Shown here piece by piece: positions 23,007 through 32,543 of a DNA stretch of 42,386 bases (position 1 is the stretch's first letter; each line of letters begins with the position of its first letter). The position numbers and the translations under genes were made by a program. The DNA comes from Halieaceae bacterium (GTDB taxonomy: Bacteria; Pseudomonadota; Gammaproteobacteria; Pseudomonadales; Halieaceae). The DNA is taken from positions 1 through 42,386 of the forward strand of contig WTJR01000115.1 in the NCBI GenBank assembly GCA_011524755.1. The letters are read 5' to 3'. The notes beneath the pieces are model-generated. The model did not search any database. It saw nothing but the letters and a program-made list of their open reading frames with translations, and had not been told where the DNA came from.

Positions 23007-23999
23007 ATGACGGAGCATGCCCGTCTTGTCATTACTGCGGGTGAGCCCGCAGGTATTGGACCCGATGTTGTTCTCGGTGCCCTTCAATCACCCTTTGATG
23101 CGCAGATTGCTGTCGTTGGCGATGTGCAGGTATTGGAGCAGCGAGCCATAGCCCTTGGCATGGACCTGCAGTTTGCCCTGTTACCGCTCGACGCAGCGCC
23201 ACCGCTGCACACCCCCGGAAAAGTGAGTGTGTACCACATACCCTGCGCAAGGTCAGTCGAGCCAGGTCGGCTCGATGTGGCAAATGCCAGCCACGTCGTG
23301 CAGACCTTACGGACATCGGTTCAATTGCTAAAAGACAAGCGGTTTGACTCAGTCGTCACGGCACCCGTGCAGAAGTCCGTGATAAACGACAGCGGGCTAA
23401 GCTTCACTGGCCACACAGAATTCTTCAGCGAGCAGTTTGGCTGCGAGGACGTGGTCATGTTGCTGGTGAATGATGGACTGCGCGTAGCGCTTGCGACGAC
23501 ACACCTGCCCCTGCGAGAGGTCCCAGATGCGATCACTCAGAAATCCCTCCTTCGTAAGCTCGAGATCATCCACAATGAGCTAATGCGCCTTTACGGCATT
23601 ACGCAGCCTCGGATCGCCATGTTGGGGCTCAACCCTCACGCGGGTGAAGGTGGGCATTTAGGACGCGAAGAGATAGAGACCATTCTGCCGGCACGCGAGG
23701 AAGCACTGCGCCGCGGCATCGATGTAACTGCACCGATCCCGGCGGATACGGCTTTTACGTCCAAACAGGTGCTCGATGCCGACGTTGTGCTGGCTATGTT
23801 TCATGACCAAGGGTTGCCTGTACTCAAAGCGCGAGGATTTGGCTCGTCCGTCAACATTACGCTGGGGTTGCCCACGATCCGCACATCCGTTGACCACGGC
23901 ACTGCCCTGGAGCTTGCGGCCACCGGTGAGGCCTCATCTGAGAGTATGAAAGCAGCGATAACCGAAGCGATCGTCTGCGCTCAAAAGCAGAGCTTATAA
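23007..23999 (+). CDS. pdxA: 4-hydroxythreonine-4-phosphate dehydrogenase
   Basis: GEPAGIGPD, TAPVQK, FTGHTEF, GLNPHAGE, MFHDQGL, RTSVDHGTA; ATG 23007. Confidence 0.96.
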   Translation: MTEHARLVITAGEPAGIGPDVVLGALQSPFDAQIAVVGDVQVLEQRAIALGMDLQFALLPLDAAPPLHTPGKVSVYHIPCARSVEPGRLDVANASHVVQTLRTSVQLLKDKRFDSVVTAPVQKSVINDSGLSFTGHTEFFSEQFGCEDVVMLLVNDGLRVALATTHLPLREVPDAITQKSLLRKLEIIHNELMRLYGITQPRIAMLGLNPHAGEGGHLGREEIETILPAREEALRRGIDVTAPIPADTAFTSKQVLDADVVLAMFHDQGLPVLKARGFGSSVNITLGLPTIRTSVDHGTALELAATGEASSESMKAAITEAIVCAQKQSL

Positions 24000-24923
24000 A
24001 CTGAGCGACAGAATACGGCTCAGCGTTGCCTCGTTTTCACGGATAAGTCGATCCGCAATTCGCTTCAGGTTTTCAATATTAGTCTCAGAAGCGTCATCCA
24101 TGTCGTCATTGGCTTCGTCGAGCGTCACCTGCAAACGGATATACCGATCACCTAAAAACATGCGCATTTGATGATTCGCCGCTTTGGTTGCGCCGTCGAA
24201 CATGCAGTCAAGCAGGGGCATCACCCAACCAGCCTGCCCCCAATCTTTTGCATTTTCATAAGGAATCGGCCTTACCAACTCGCCGGTCCCCAATGAAACA
24301 ACCATCAGAGGCTCGTTAGGATATAGCTTCAATGCTTCTGCGTACGCCGATACCACGGGTGAATTTACAAAAACCCCACCGTCTATCAGCGCTCGCTGAT
24401 TTCCCTGAACATCGATAAGCGCGGGCTCAAAATAGGTAGGTGCTGCGCTGGTGGCCCGAGCGGCATCGCGACACCTGACCGTTTCATGGTCTGGATGCCA
24501 GCTCTTCAAAAAGAGCGTTCGTCTCTCCTCGATGTCGTAGGTGGCCACCATGGTCGAGCCGAGCGTCTCGCCCAGTCGCGCATTAGAGAAATATTTTCTT
24601 AGGGCTGCCTCGAGTGGTTTTGCTGAATAAAGCTCATCGAGAACCCCCCCAGCGGAGCGAATATTTCGCCAAATAGTCCGCTCAAATATTTTATCGCCAC
24701 TATTTTCAAAAAAATCTGCAAGATCGTGCGCCGAGTATTTTGGCGCCCCCGCTGTATCCGCCTGAGCGAGACCAAGCGCGATAATGCCGCCCGAAGACGT
24801 CCCAACACAAAGATCAAACAACTCACAGATTGGCTTGCCTGACTGACGTTCCAAGTAATCCAGTACAAGCGAAGGAATAATCCCTCGAATACCACCACCA
24901 TCAATGGATAGAACTTTGCGCAT
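23994..24923 (-). CDS. Patatin-like phospholipase
   Basis: DGGGIRG oxyanion loop, GTSSG nucleophile, ATSAAPTYF, DGG catalytic Asp, VSLGTG. ATG 24923 (alternative TTG 24929). Confidence 0.92.
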   Translation of the reverse strand: MRKVLSIDGGGIRGIIPSLVLDYLERQSGKPICELFDLCVGTSSGGIIALGLAQADTAGAPKYSAHDLADFFENSGDKIFERTIWRNIRSAGGVLDELYSAKPLEAALRKYFSNARLGETLGSTMVATYDIEERRTLFLKSWHPDHETVRCRDAARATSAAPTYFEPALIDVQGNQRALIDGGVFVNSPVVSAYAEALKLYPNEPLMVVSLGTGELVRPIPYENAKDWGQAGWVMPLLDCMFDGATKAANHQMRMFLGDRYIRLQVTLDEANDDMDDASETNIENLKRIADRLIRENEATLSRILSLSL

Positions 24924-24929
24924 ATTCAA

Positions 24930-25040
24930 TTATTTAATTTATTCGCGTTATGCAAACTGTGTCTTATATTTTAAATACGAGTTTATTTTAAAACTGTTTA
25001 ACATTACACTACGACAAAAACGACAATTAAGGTTTCATTC
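24930..25040. promoter_or_regulatory. Very AT-rich divergent promoter region (patatin / hns)
   Basis: Hand count of 28 G+C in 110 nt (about 25%) for 24931-25040; -10-like TACACT at 25005-25010. Confidence 0.55.
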
Positions 25041-25457
25041 ATGAACGAAGCACTTGCTCTTCAATCTATCGCCAAATCAAAAGCTGCAGCAAAACGCGCA
25101 GTTAAATCGCTCGATATTCAACAAATTGAGCGGGCCCTCGCTAATTTATCAGCCGCTGCAGAAACAATTAAAGAGCGTGAATCAATACGCGCTCAACGAA
25201 AGAAAGAAGTGGCGGTAAAAAAACTAAAATCGATGATGGACGAGTTAGGAATATCCGCTGCAGATATTACTGGGTCATCGAAACCAAAAACTAACGGTAA
25301 GCGGGCGACCGGTCCGAAGAAAGGCAACAAGGTTGCTCCCAAATATCAAATCACGGTGGACGGCGTAACTCACCAATGGACAGGGCGGGGCCGCACACCT
25401 GTCGTCTTCAGGTCGCACGTTGAAAACGGTGGCTCGCTCGACGACTGTCTCATCTGA
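25041..25457 (+). CDS. hns: H-NS family nucleoid-associated protein
   Basis: Helical N-terminal oligomerisation region, basic linker, VAPKY..QWTGRGRTP DNA-binding signature. Confidence 0.88.
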   Translation: MNEALALQSIAKSKAAAKRAVKSLDIQQIERALANLSAAAETIKERESIRAQRKKEVAVKKLKSMMDELGISAADITGSSKPKTNGKRATGPKKGNKVAPKYQITVDGVTHQWTGRGRTPVVFRSHVENGGSLDDCLI

Positions 25458-25470
25458 GACATAGACGTCC

Positions 25471-26295
25471 ATGCCCAAGGCATCAAAACGCGGCAGCGCA
25501 TCGCGACCGAAAACGCATGCGCCCCGAAAGCGTTTTGGTCAGAACTTTCTAACCGATCAGAGTGTTATTTCTGCCATCGCCCGTGCAATCAATCCGCAGA
25601 AAGATGACAACGTCGTGGAAATTGGGCCCGGCCAGGGTGCACTGACTGATGCGCTATTTGAAAGCGGTTGTGCCATCAAAGCGATTGAAATAGATCGTGA
25701 CTTACAATCTCAGTTGCGAGTCATGTTTTTTAATCGAGATTTCACACTATTCAATTTCGATGCACTTAAATTTGATTTCAACGAATTATCGGACGGTGAT
25801 CACGATTTAAGAATTGTTGGAAACCTTCCTTATAATATTTCGACTCCGTTGATATTCAAACTGCTAACGCATTTGCCGATCGTTCGTGACATGCACTTCA
25901 TGTTACAGAAAGAAGTGGTCGATAGATTAGCGGCGCGCCCCGGTAATAAACACTGGGGAAGATTGAGCGTTATGACTCAGGTCGATTGCGATGTAGAACA
26001 TTTATTCGACGTGCCACCAGAGGCTTTTTATCCGCAACCCAAAGTGCAGTCGGCGATCGTTCGGTTAACACCTAAGATGATATCTCACCGTCCCGAGTGT
26101 TCTCGTGAGGAGCTTGGAAAACTCGTTCAATTGGCGTTTGCACAACGACGAAAAACGCTGCGGAATAATCTTCGGGGCGTTATCGATGATTCTGTCATGC
26201 AGCGGCTGGGGATTGATCCGGCCTGCCGTGCGGAGACGCTGACGCTGGATCAACTTATGGACTTGAGCCTGGAGCTTCCCCGAGCGGCTATCTGA
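25471..26295 (+). CDS. rsmA: 16S rRNA m6,2A dimethyltransferase
   Basis: RKRFGQNFL, EIGPGQGALT, GNLPYNISTP, MLQKEV, FAQRRKTLRN. Confidence 0.97.
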   Translation: MPKASKRGSASRPKTHAPRKRFGQNFLTDQSVISAIARAINPQKDDNVVEIGPGQGALTDALFESGCAIKAIEIDRDLQSQLRVMFFNRDFTLFNFDALKFDFNELSDGDHDLRIVGNLPYNISTPLIFKLLTHLPIVRDMHFMLQKEVVDRLAARPGNKHWGRLSVMTQVDCDVEHLFDVPPEAFYPQPKVQSAIVRLTPKMISHRPECSREELGKLVQLAFAQRRKTLRNNLRGVIDDSVMQRLGIDPACRAETLTLDQLMDLSLELPRAAI

Positions 26296-26352
26296 TTCTC
26301 CGCCGCCCAGTTACACTTTGGGCGAACCAAATCTAAATCAACAGGATTGAAC

Positions 26353-27165
26353 ATGGCGACCTACGTGGTGGGCGACATTCAGGGATGCTTTGACCAGTTT
26401 CAGTGCCTACTGGAAAAGGTCAGTTTTAATCCTGACAGGGACGTAATTTGGAGTGTGGGTGATTTAATCAACCGCGGATCCAACAACCTTGCAACACTGC
26501 GCTGGTTTCACGAGCGGCGTGATAATGCCGTGGTTGTACTAGGTAATCACGATCTACACCTAATGGCTGTTTCAGCAGGCGCACGAAAAATGAGTAAGTC
26601 AGATAATTTTGATGACATTCTCGATGCGCCAGACCGAGAGACACTGATCGAGTGGCTTCATCACCAGCCGCTGATGCACCACGAGCATGGTGTGACACTA
26701 GTACACGCAGGCATCCCCCCCTTTTGGTCGGTTAGCGAAGCGCTTGATCGCGCGGCCGAAGTCGAGAAGGTCTTGCGAGGGCCTGATTGCATTCGATTCT
26801 TCAATGCCATGTATGGCAATGATCCCATTGTCTGGGACGATCAGCTCACCGGCATGACTCGGCTTCGGGTTATCACGAATTACCTCACCCGCATGCGCTA
26901 TTGCACAAAGAAAGGAAAGTTGGACCTTATTAGTAAAGGGCCAACGCCGACGGCCAATGCGCTCAAAGGAAAGAAAGTCGCGCCCTGGTTTAGCCACGAG
27001 GCTAGACGCACAAAAGACGATGTTGTGATTTTTGGTCACTGGGCGTCTATTGATGGCGTGACTGACTCACCCAACGTCATCGGACTCGATACCGGCTGTG
27101 TCTGGGGAAATAAAATGACACTTATGGCGCTCGAGTCCCGCACCTTCTATCGGTGCAATTGCTAA
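26353..27165 (+). CDS. apaH: Symmetrical bis(5'-nucleosyl)-tetraphosphatase
   Basis: [44 protein letters not shown]. Confidence 0.95.
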   Translation: MATYVVGDIQGCFDQFQCLLEKVSFNPDRDVIWSVGDLINRGSNNLATLRWFHERRDNAVVVLGNHDLHLMAVSAGARKMSKSDNFDDILDAPDRETLIEWLHHQPLMHHEHGVTLVHAGIPPFWSVSEALDRAAEVEKVLRGPDCIRFFNAMYGNDPIVWDDQLTGMTRLRVITNYLTRMRYCTKKGKLDLISKGPTPTANALKGKKVAPWFSHEARRTKDDVVIFGHWASIDGVTDSPNVIGLDTGCVWGNKMTLMALESRTFYRCNC

Positions 27166-28271
27166 TGATGACCTTTGATCTAGCGCCGACAGCACGGATC
27201 TATAAGGTAGGCGGAGCAGTCAGAGACACCCTCTTGAACTACCCACACAGCGAGACCGACTGGGTGGTCGTCGGTGCCACGCCTGAGGCTCTGCTGGCAT
27301 CAGGATTTAAGCAGGTGGGCGCCGATTTCCCAGTTTTTCTCCATCCGGAAACAGGCGAGGAATTCGCCCTGGCGAGAACCGAGCGTAAGTCAGGTCAGGG
27401 TTACCACGGCTTTACGGTTCATGCTGACCCATCGGTGACGCTTGAAGAAGATCTTCTCCGGCGCGACCTCACCATAAACGCCATGGCGTTGGATGAGCAC
27501 GGTGATCTCATCGACCCCTATGGAGGGCAGCGTGACCTCGACGCAAAGGTGTTGCGGCACGTTTCCGCTAATTTCTCAGAGGATCCGTTGAGAGTACTTC
27601 GTACCTGCCGGTTTGCTGCACGCTACCACCACCTAGGCTTCACGGTGGCCGAAAAAACCATGCAGCTGATGCGCGATATTGTCAGAAGCGGCGAGTTATC
27701 GGCGCTGGCTCCCGATCGAGTATGGCGCGAGACAGAGAGAGCGCTTAACGAGCGCACACCTCGAACCTATTTTTCGCTGTTACGGACACTAGGCGCAGAC
27801 AAAATCGTTCTCCCCTTTGCAGTAACTGACAACTCACTCGATGCACTCGACTCAATGGCCTCTATCGCGCCAAACAGTCTTCACCGGTGGGCTGGGCTCG
27901 CGTCATCTGCTGCCGCAAATACACAAACCGTCACGCCGGTCATCAACATTCCAAAACGCTACGACCAATTGGCCGCGCGAGTTCAACGTTATCGAGGCAG
28001 TCCCCCACAAACCCCTGAAGATACGCTGGCATTTCTTGAGCATTTCGATGCGTTCAGGCAGGGCTCCCAACTAGCAGATGGGCTCGCGGTGCTCGGTGCC
28101 ATCGATGAGGCCTTTCACAAGACGCAGGTGGCCCGTATTGAGAAAGGAGATCAGTTGGCGGCGAGTATTCGCGGCGAGCAATTTATTGAGCAGGGTTTAA
28201 AAGGGCCTGAGATTAAGGCAGCCATATCAGCAGAGCGCCTGCGTCAATTGGATGCGCTGCTTAATGACTAG
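27165..28271 (+). CDS. cca: CCA tRNA nucleotidyltransferase (short form, no recognisable HD domain)
   Basis: [59 protein letters not shown] coupling to apaH (alternative ATG 27168). Confidence 0.92.
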   Translation: MMTFDLAPTARIYKVGGAVRDTLLNYPHSETDWVVVGATPEALLASGFKQVGADFPVFLHPETGEEFALARTERKSGQGYHGFTVHADPSVTLEEDLLRRDLTINAMALDEHGDLIDPYGGQRDLDAKVLRHVSANFSEDPLRVLRTCRFAARYHHLGFTVAEKTMQLMRDIVRSGELSALAPDRVWRETERALNERTPRTYFSLLRTLGADKIVLPFAVTDNSLDALDSMASIAPNSLHRWAGLASSAAANTQTVTPVINIPKRYDQLAARVQRYRGSPPQTPEDTLAFLEHFDAFRQGSQLADGLAVLGAIDEAFHKTQVARIEKGDQLAASIRGEQFIEQGLKGPEIKAAISAERLRQLDALLND

Positions 28272-28280
28272 TCCTTCCCG

Positions 28281-28640
28281 CTAAAGACTGCGAGCAAGCG
28301 TCAGTGATACGCCAACGCATGAAGCGGCTGGAACGGCGCCCGGCTTATTGATATGCACGGTTACCTGACTTACCGGCCAACGGTCAAAAATCTCATCGAT
28401 GATTGCCTTGGATAACGCCTCGAGTAATTCGAATTGCGAGGCGGAGACGAACGACATCACATGTTCGGATATTGCGGCGTAGTCGAGCGCGTGACACAGA
28501 TCATCGGTTTCGGCAGCCAAACCGAAATCCGCCGTCAACTCCAGGTCGATTTCGAGGCGCTGCTTTATGGTCCGTTCCCAGTCATAGCAGCCAATAATTG
28601 TCTCGGGCTGCAATCCGCAGATCCTAACGACCCCGTTCAT
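28281..28640 (-). CDS. folB: Dihydroneopterin aldolase
   Basis: [31 protein letters not shown]. Confidence 0.92.
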   Translation of the reverse strand: MNGVVRICGLQPETIIGCYDWERTIKQRLEIDLELTADFGLAAETDDLCHALDYAAISEHVMSFVSASQFELLEALSKAIIDEIFDRWPVSQVTVHINKPGAVPAASCVGVSLTLARSL

Positions 28641-29680
28641 GCGGCCTCACCATCAACCGGTGGTACCAGCTCAGTGATTGGCCAGCGCGCGCGAACCGAT
28701 GGTGACTCCGAATCACGCTCACCGCGAGCGAGACGAAGGGCCCCTGCGTAGGCGATCATGGCGCCGTTATCCGTGCAGAGACTTGGGGCGGGATATATCA
28801 CCTGCGCGCCATCTTTCCCCAATGCTTCTGCCAGACGCTCACGCAATCGCCGGTTTGCACTGACGCCGCCTGCCATGACGAGAGTGGATACCCCCTCCTG
28901 CTTCAGCGCCCTTCTGCACTTAATGAGCAACGTGTCCACAACCGCCTCCTCGAAGCAGCGCGCAACATCAGCCCTGGCTTGCTCATCGAGTGAGTCAGCA
29001 TCCGACAGCTGCTTGATGCAGGTACCTACATGGGTTTTTAACCCTGAAAAACTAAAGTCCAGCCCAGGATGCTTCACCATAGGCCGGGGGAAATCGAAGC
29101 GATCCGGATTACCCGTTTGAGCCAAGGCTGCCACATGCGGACCGCCGGGATAGGGTAGGTCGAGCAATTTAGCCGTCTTGTCGAAAGCCTCCCCTGCCGC
29201 ATCGTCAACAGACTCACCCAAAAGCCGATAGTCTCCGAACGCATCCGCTCTAATAAGCTGCGTATGGCCACCTGACACCAGCAGCGCTACGAAGGGATAA
29301 TCGGGCGGTTCGTCGGATAAAAGGGGCGCCATTAAATGCCCCTCCATGTGATGAACTCCCAACGACGGCACCCCCAATCCCGCGGCAATGGATCGAGCGA
29401 CAGTCGCACCCACAATAAGCGCACCAAGCAACCCTGGGCCCGACGTGTAAGCAACCGCATCGATATCAGTCTTATCAAGACACGCATCAGATAGAACGCG
29501 GTCAATGAGCGGCAAGGTCTTTCGAATATGGTCTCGAGAGGCCAGCTCGGGCACCACGCCACCATACTCCGCGTGCACTGCCACTTGCGAATAGAGCGCC
29601 TCGGACAATAAACCCCGCTGAGTGTCGTACAGCGCAACACCTGTCTCGTCGCAACTGGTTTCCAAGCCCAAAACAACCAA
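28637..29680 (-). CDS. tsaD: tRNA N6-adenosine threonylcarbamoyltransferase
   Basis: [63 protein letters not shown]. Confidence 0.97.
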   Translation of the reverse strand: MVVLGLETSCDETGVALYDTQRGLLSEALYSQVAVHAEYGGVVPELASRDHIRKTLPLIDRVLSDACLDKTDIDAVAYTSGPGLLGALIVGATVARSIAAGLGVPSLGVHHMEGHLMAPLLSDEPPDYPFVALLVSGGHTQLIRADAFGDYRLLGESVDDAAGEAFDKTAKLLDLPYPGGPHVAALAQTGNPDRFDFPRPMVKHPGLDFSFSGLKTHVGTCIKQLSDADSLDEQARADVARCFEEAVVDTLLIKCRRALKQEGVSTLVMAGGVSANRRLRERLAEALGKDGAQVIYPAPSLCTDNGAMIAYAGALRLARGERDSESPSVRARWPITELVPPVDGEAA

Positions 29681-29727
29681 AATTCAGTGTCTCTCAAAAA
29701 ATGCGGAAGTTAGCACGTTGTTAGCCT

Positions 29728-29764
29728 TTGCAAAACGTCGCTGGCCTACCTATACTGCGCGCCC
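29728..29764 (+). promoter_or_regulatory. Sigma70 promoter of the rpsU-yqeY-dnaG-rpoD operon with GC-rich discriminator
   Basis: TTGCAA (29728-33), a 17-nt spacer, TATACT (29751-56), then GCGCGCCC, as in stringently controlled promoters. Confidence 0.75.
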
Positions 29765-29817
29765 TTAAATTTGATGTGGCGACTACCCGCTCATCAGGAA
29801 ACGACAGGATTAGTTTA

Positions 29818-30033
29818 ATGCCTTCAGTAAAGGTAAAAGAAAACGAGCCCTTTGACGTTGCTTTACGCCGATTCAAGCGTTCGTGCGAAAAAGCCGGTCT
29901 TCTGGCCGAAGTTCGCAAGCGCGAGCACTACGAAAAGCCGACCACGGTTCGCAAGCGTGCCGCTGCTGCAGCTGTGAAGCGTCACCTCAAGAAAATGTCT
30001 CGGGAAAACCGCAAGCGCCAGCGTTTGTACTAA
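29818..30033 (+). CDS. rpsU: 30S ribosomal protein S21
   Basis: [35 protein letters not shown], 71 aa. Confidence 0.98.
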   Translation: MPSVKVKENEPFDVALRRFKRSCEKAGLLAEVRKREHYEKPTTVRKRAAAAAVKRHLKKMSRENRKRQRLY

Positions 30034-30052
30034 GACCCAACCGACTAGCGAG

Positions 30053-30511
30053 ATGACTGATTCCGAAAATTTAGTCGCCCGAATCAAGGCCTCAATGAAA
30101 GAGGCCATGAAGGCACGCGAAAAAGAGCGTCTCGCCACCATCCGGCTGATTCAGGCCGAATTCAAACGCGTTGAAGTTGACGAGCGAATCGAAATCGATG
30201 ACGCAAGAGCGCTTGCGATCATGGATAAGATGGTCAAGCAACGTCGGGATTCTATAAGCCAGTTTGAGAGCGCAGGCCGTGACGAATTAGCCGCTATTGA
30301 GCGAGCCGAAATCAACGTCATTCAAGAATTCCTCCCACAGCAACTCAGCGAAGATGAAATCCTCGCTATCATCGACGATGCGCTGAGCGGTATCGACGCG
30401 ACGGGCATGGCTGCCATGGGGCCGCTGATGGGTGTCATCAAGCCCAAATTGCAGGGTCGTGCCGACATGGGTGCCGTATCCAAGTTAGTTAAGGCTAAAC
30501 TGACGTCTTAA
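30053..30511 (+). CDS. GatB/YqeY domain protein
   Basis: MKEAMKA..L.TIRLI, KMVKQRRDSISQF..GRDEL, FLPQQLS, GRADMG; lies between rpsU and dnaG. Confidence 0.92.
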   Translation: MTDSENLVARIKASMKEAMKAREKERLATIRLIQAEFKRVEVDERIEIDDARALAIMDKMVKQRRDSISQFESAGRDELAAIERAEINVIQEFLPQQLSEDEILAIIDDALSGIDATGMAAMGPLMGVIKPKLQGRADMGAVSKLVKAKLTS

Positions 30512-30533
30512 TCACCGGCTAAGGTCATCCAAC

Positions 30534-32399
30534 ATGGCCCGACTTCCACAGGCATTTATCGACCAAGTCCTTGACCGGACCGACATTGTTGATGTGGTTG
30601 ATCGCCGGGTAAAACTAAAAAAGGCGGGCAAGAACTACTCAGCCTGCTGCCCATTCCATCAGGAAAAAACCCCTTCCTTTTCTGTTAATCCAGAAAAGCA
30701 GTTCTATTACTGCTTTGGCTGCGGTGCAGGTGGCAACGCGCTGGGCTTTGTAATGGATTACGAGCGGATGGAGTTTCGCGAGGCCATTGAGTCCCTCGCA
30801 CAAGCAGCCGGCATGGAACTGCCAGCAGAAGAAGCTGACGCTACTCCTCAGATAGATCATCAAAAACCCCTTTATGAGTCCATGGAGAAAGCGACGCGAT
30901 TATATGAGTCACTTCTGCGGAAGCATCCCACTCGGGGGCGTGTTGTCGACTACCTTAAACAACGCGGTTTATCAGGTGAGATCGCCCGAGACTTTCGACT
31001 GGGTTTTGCGCCTGAAGGGTGGGATAACCTCATGACCACCCTGTCGTCGGAAGAAGATATTGATCATGCACTAACGGCAGGGCTCTTAATTGAAAATGAC
31101 TCGGGGCGAAAATACGATCGTTTCAGAGATCGCGTTATTTTCCCGATCGTGAATCAACGGGGTAAAGTCATTGCAATGGGTGGCAGAGTACTGGGCGATG
31201 GAAAACCCAAGTATCTCAATTCACCCGAGACGCCGCTGTTTTCAAAGTCGCATGAGCTTTACGGTCTCCACCATATCCGCAAATTTGCGAAGAACCTCTC
31301 GCGCATTGTCGTCGTGGAGGGCTACATGGATGTTATTGCGCTAGCGCAATTTGGCATCCATTACGCCGTAGCGACATTGGGAACGTCAGTAGGCAAGCCG
31401 CATTTAGAAATGCTTTTCCGGCGCGTAGATCAAGTCGTTTTCTGCTTCGATGGTGACGAAGCCGGCAGGAAAGCCGCGTTCAGAGGTATGGAAGCCGCCC
31501 TGCCCATGATGGAAGACGGACGCCAAGTGAAATTCCTCTTCCTCCCAGAGGGCGAGGATCCGGACAGTGTCGTGCGCAACAAGGGCTCCCAACACCTCGA
31601 GCATTTATTCGATAACGCTGATCCTCTGGAGACTTTCCTGTTCGATCAAATGGCACAGGGAATCGATCTCGACACCATGGATGGCAAAGCGCGGCTGTCA
31701 AAACTGGTAGCGCCCTACATCAACCTCATTCCTGATGGTGTGTTTAAAACGCTCTTGTTCAAGTCGCTCGCTACTCGCACGGATATGGATGTCGAAAGCT
31801 TGCGGCGATTGAGAGAAATTGAAAAGCCCGTGACAACTGACTACGACTCCGCTCCCGGACCAGAGCCTGGCGAGATACAAAGCGAAGCTGACGCGCCCTT
31901 TGATTATCCTGAGGGATATGAGCCGCCTCACGACAGCGAAAATCACTATGGGGCCCCGGTGCATTTGGAGCCTCATAGTGCTGTCCTCTTGCGAGCGCTG
32001 GGCTTACTTGTCCTCAAGCCATCCTCTGCAAGCGCGATAACGGATGAACTGCTACCCGAGCAAGGCGGGATGCTCAGTAACTTGCTTCACGACGTTGTAA
32101 AACAGGTGCGTGAAACTCCCGACCTCAGCACTGCCGCCCTACTCGGCTACTGGATGGGCACAGATGAAGGCGAACTGCTGAGTGAGGCCGCGGCGAAAGA
32201 GGTCATCGATGATGAACAGCACATTAGCGAACATCTGATGGCGATCCTAAATAAGCTTTCGAGAGATCGGCATGTCACTCTTTTGCGTAAACGCGCTGAA
32301 ACATTGAAATCTGTGGCCTACACTGACTTGAGCAACGAGCAAAAGCGCGAGCTCGTAGCACTGACGACTGAGATAAGACAACTCTCTGGACGAAATTAA
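30534..32399 (+). CDS. dnaG: DNA primase
   Basis: CPFHQEKTPSF..CFGC zinc finger, YDRFRDRVIFP, KYLNSPET, EGYMDV, FDGDEAG, DPD. Confidence 0.98.
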   Translation: MARLPQAFIDQVLDRTDIVDVVDRRVKLKKAGKNYSACCPFHQEKTPSFSVNPEKQFYYCFGCGAGGNALGFVMDYERMEFREAIESLAQAAGMELPAEEADATPQIDHQKPLYESMEKATRLYESLLRKHPTRGRVVDYLKQRGLSGEIARDFRLGFAPEGWDNLMTTLSSEEDIDHALTAGLLIENDSGRKYDRFRDRVIFPIVNQRGKVIAMGGRVLGDGKPKYLNSPETPLFSKSHELYGLHHIRKFAKNLSRIVVVEGYMDVIALAQFGIHYAVATLGTSVGKPHLEMLFRRVDQVVFCFDGDEAGRKAAFRGMEAALPMMEDGRQVKFLFLPEGEDPDSVVRNKGSQHLEHLFDNADPLETFLFDQMAQGIDLDTMDGKARLSKLVAPYINLIPDGVFKTLLFKSLATRTDMDVESLRRLREIEKPVTTDYDSAPGPEPGEIQSEADAPFDYPEGYEPPHDSENHYGAPVHLEPHSAVLLRALGLLVLKPSSASAITDELLPEQGGMLSNLLHDVVKQVRETPDLSTAALLGYWMGTDEGELLSEAAAKEVIDDEQHISEHLMAILNKLSRDRHVTLLRKRAETLKSVAYTDLSNEQKRELVALTTEIRQLSGRN

Positions 32400-32543
32400 C
32401 GCGCTGATCGTTCAGGGCGCGGAAATACTGATAAAAATTGAATAAAACGCTCAAAGTCCAAGTTTTGACATGGCTTATTGCACCTGCGACCGCTATTATT
32501 GCGGGCTTATTTTTTTTCGACCCCTTTTTCTCCGGACCGATAC

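Noticed and set aside
23994-24923. CBASS anti-phage system (CapV effector)
   Set aside because: There is no CD-NTase or Cap2/Cap3 gene adjacent; patatin motifs alone are insufficient.
32438-32500. Sigma32 promoter upstream of rpoD
   Set aside because: TTGAAT is present, but the -10 element (TCCAAG) is a poor match to CCCCAT, so it is not supportable by eye.
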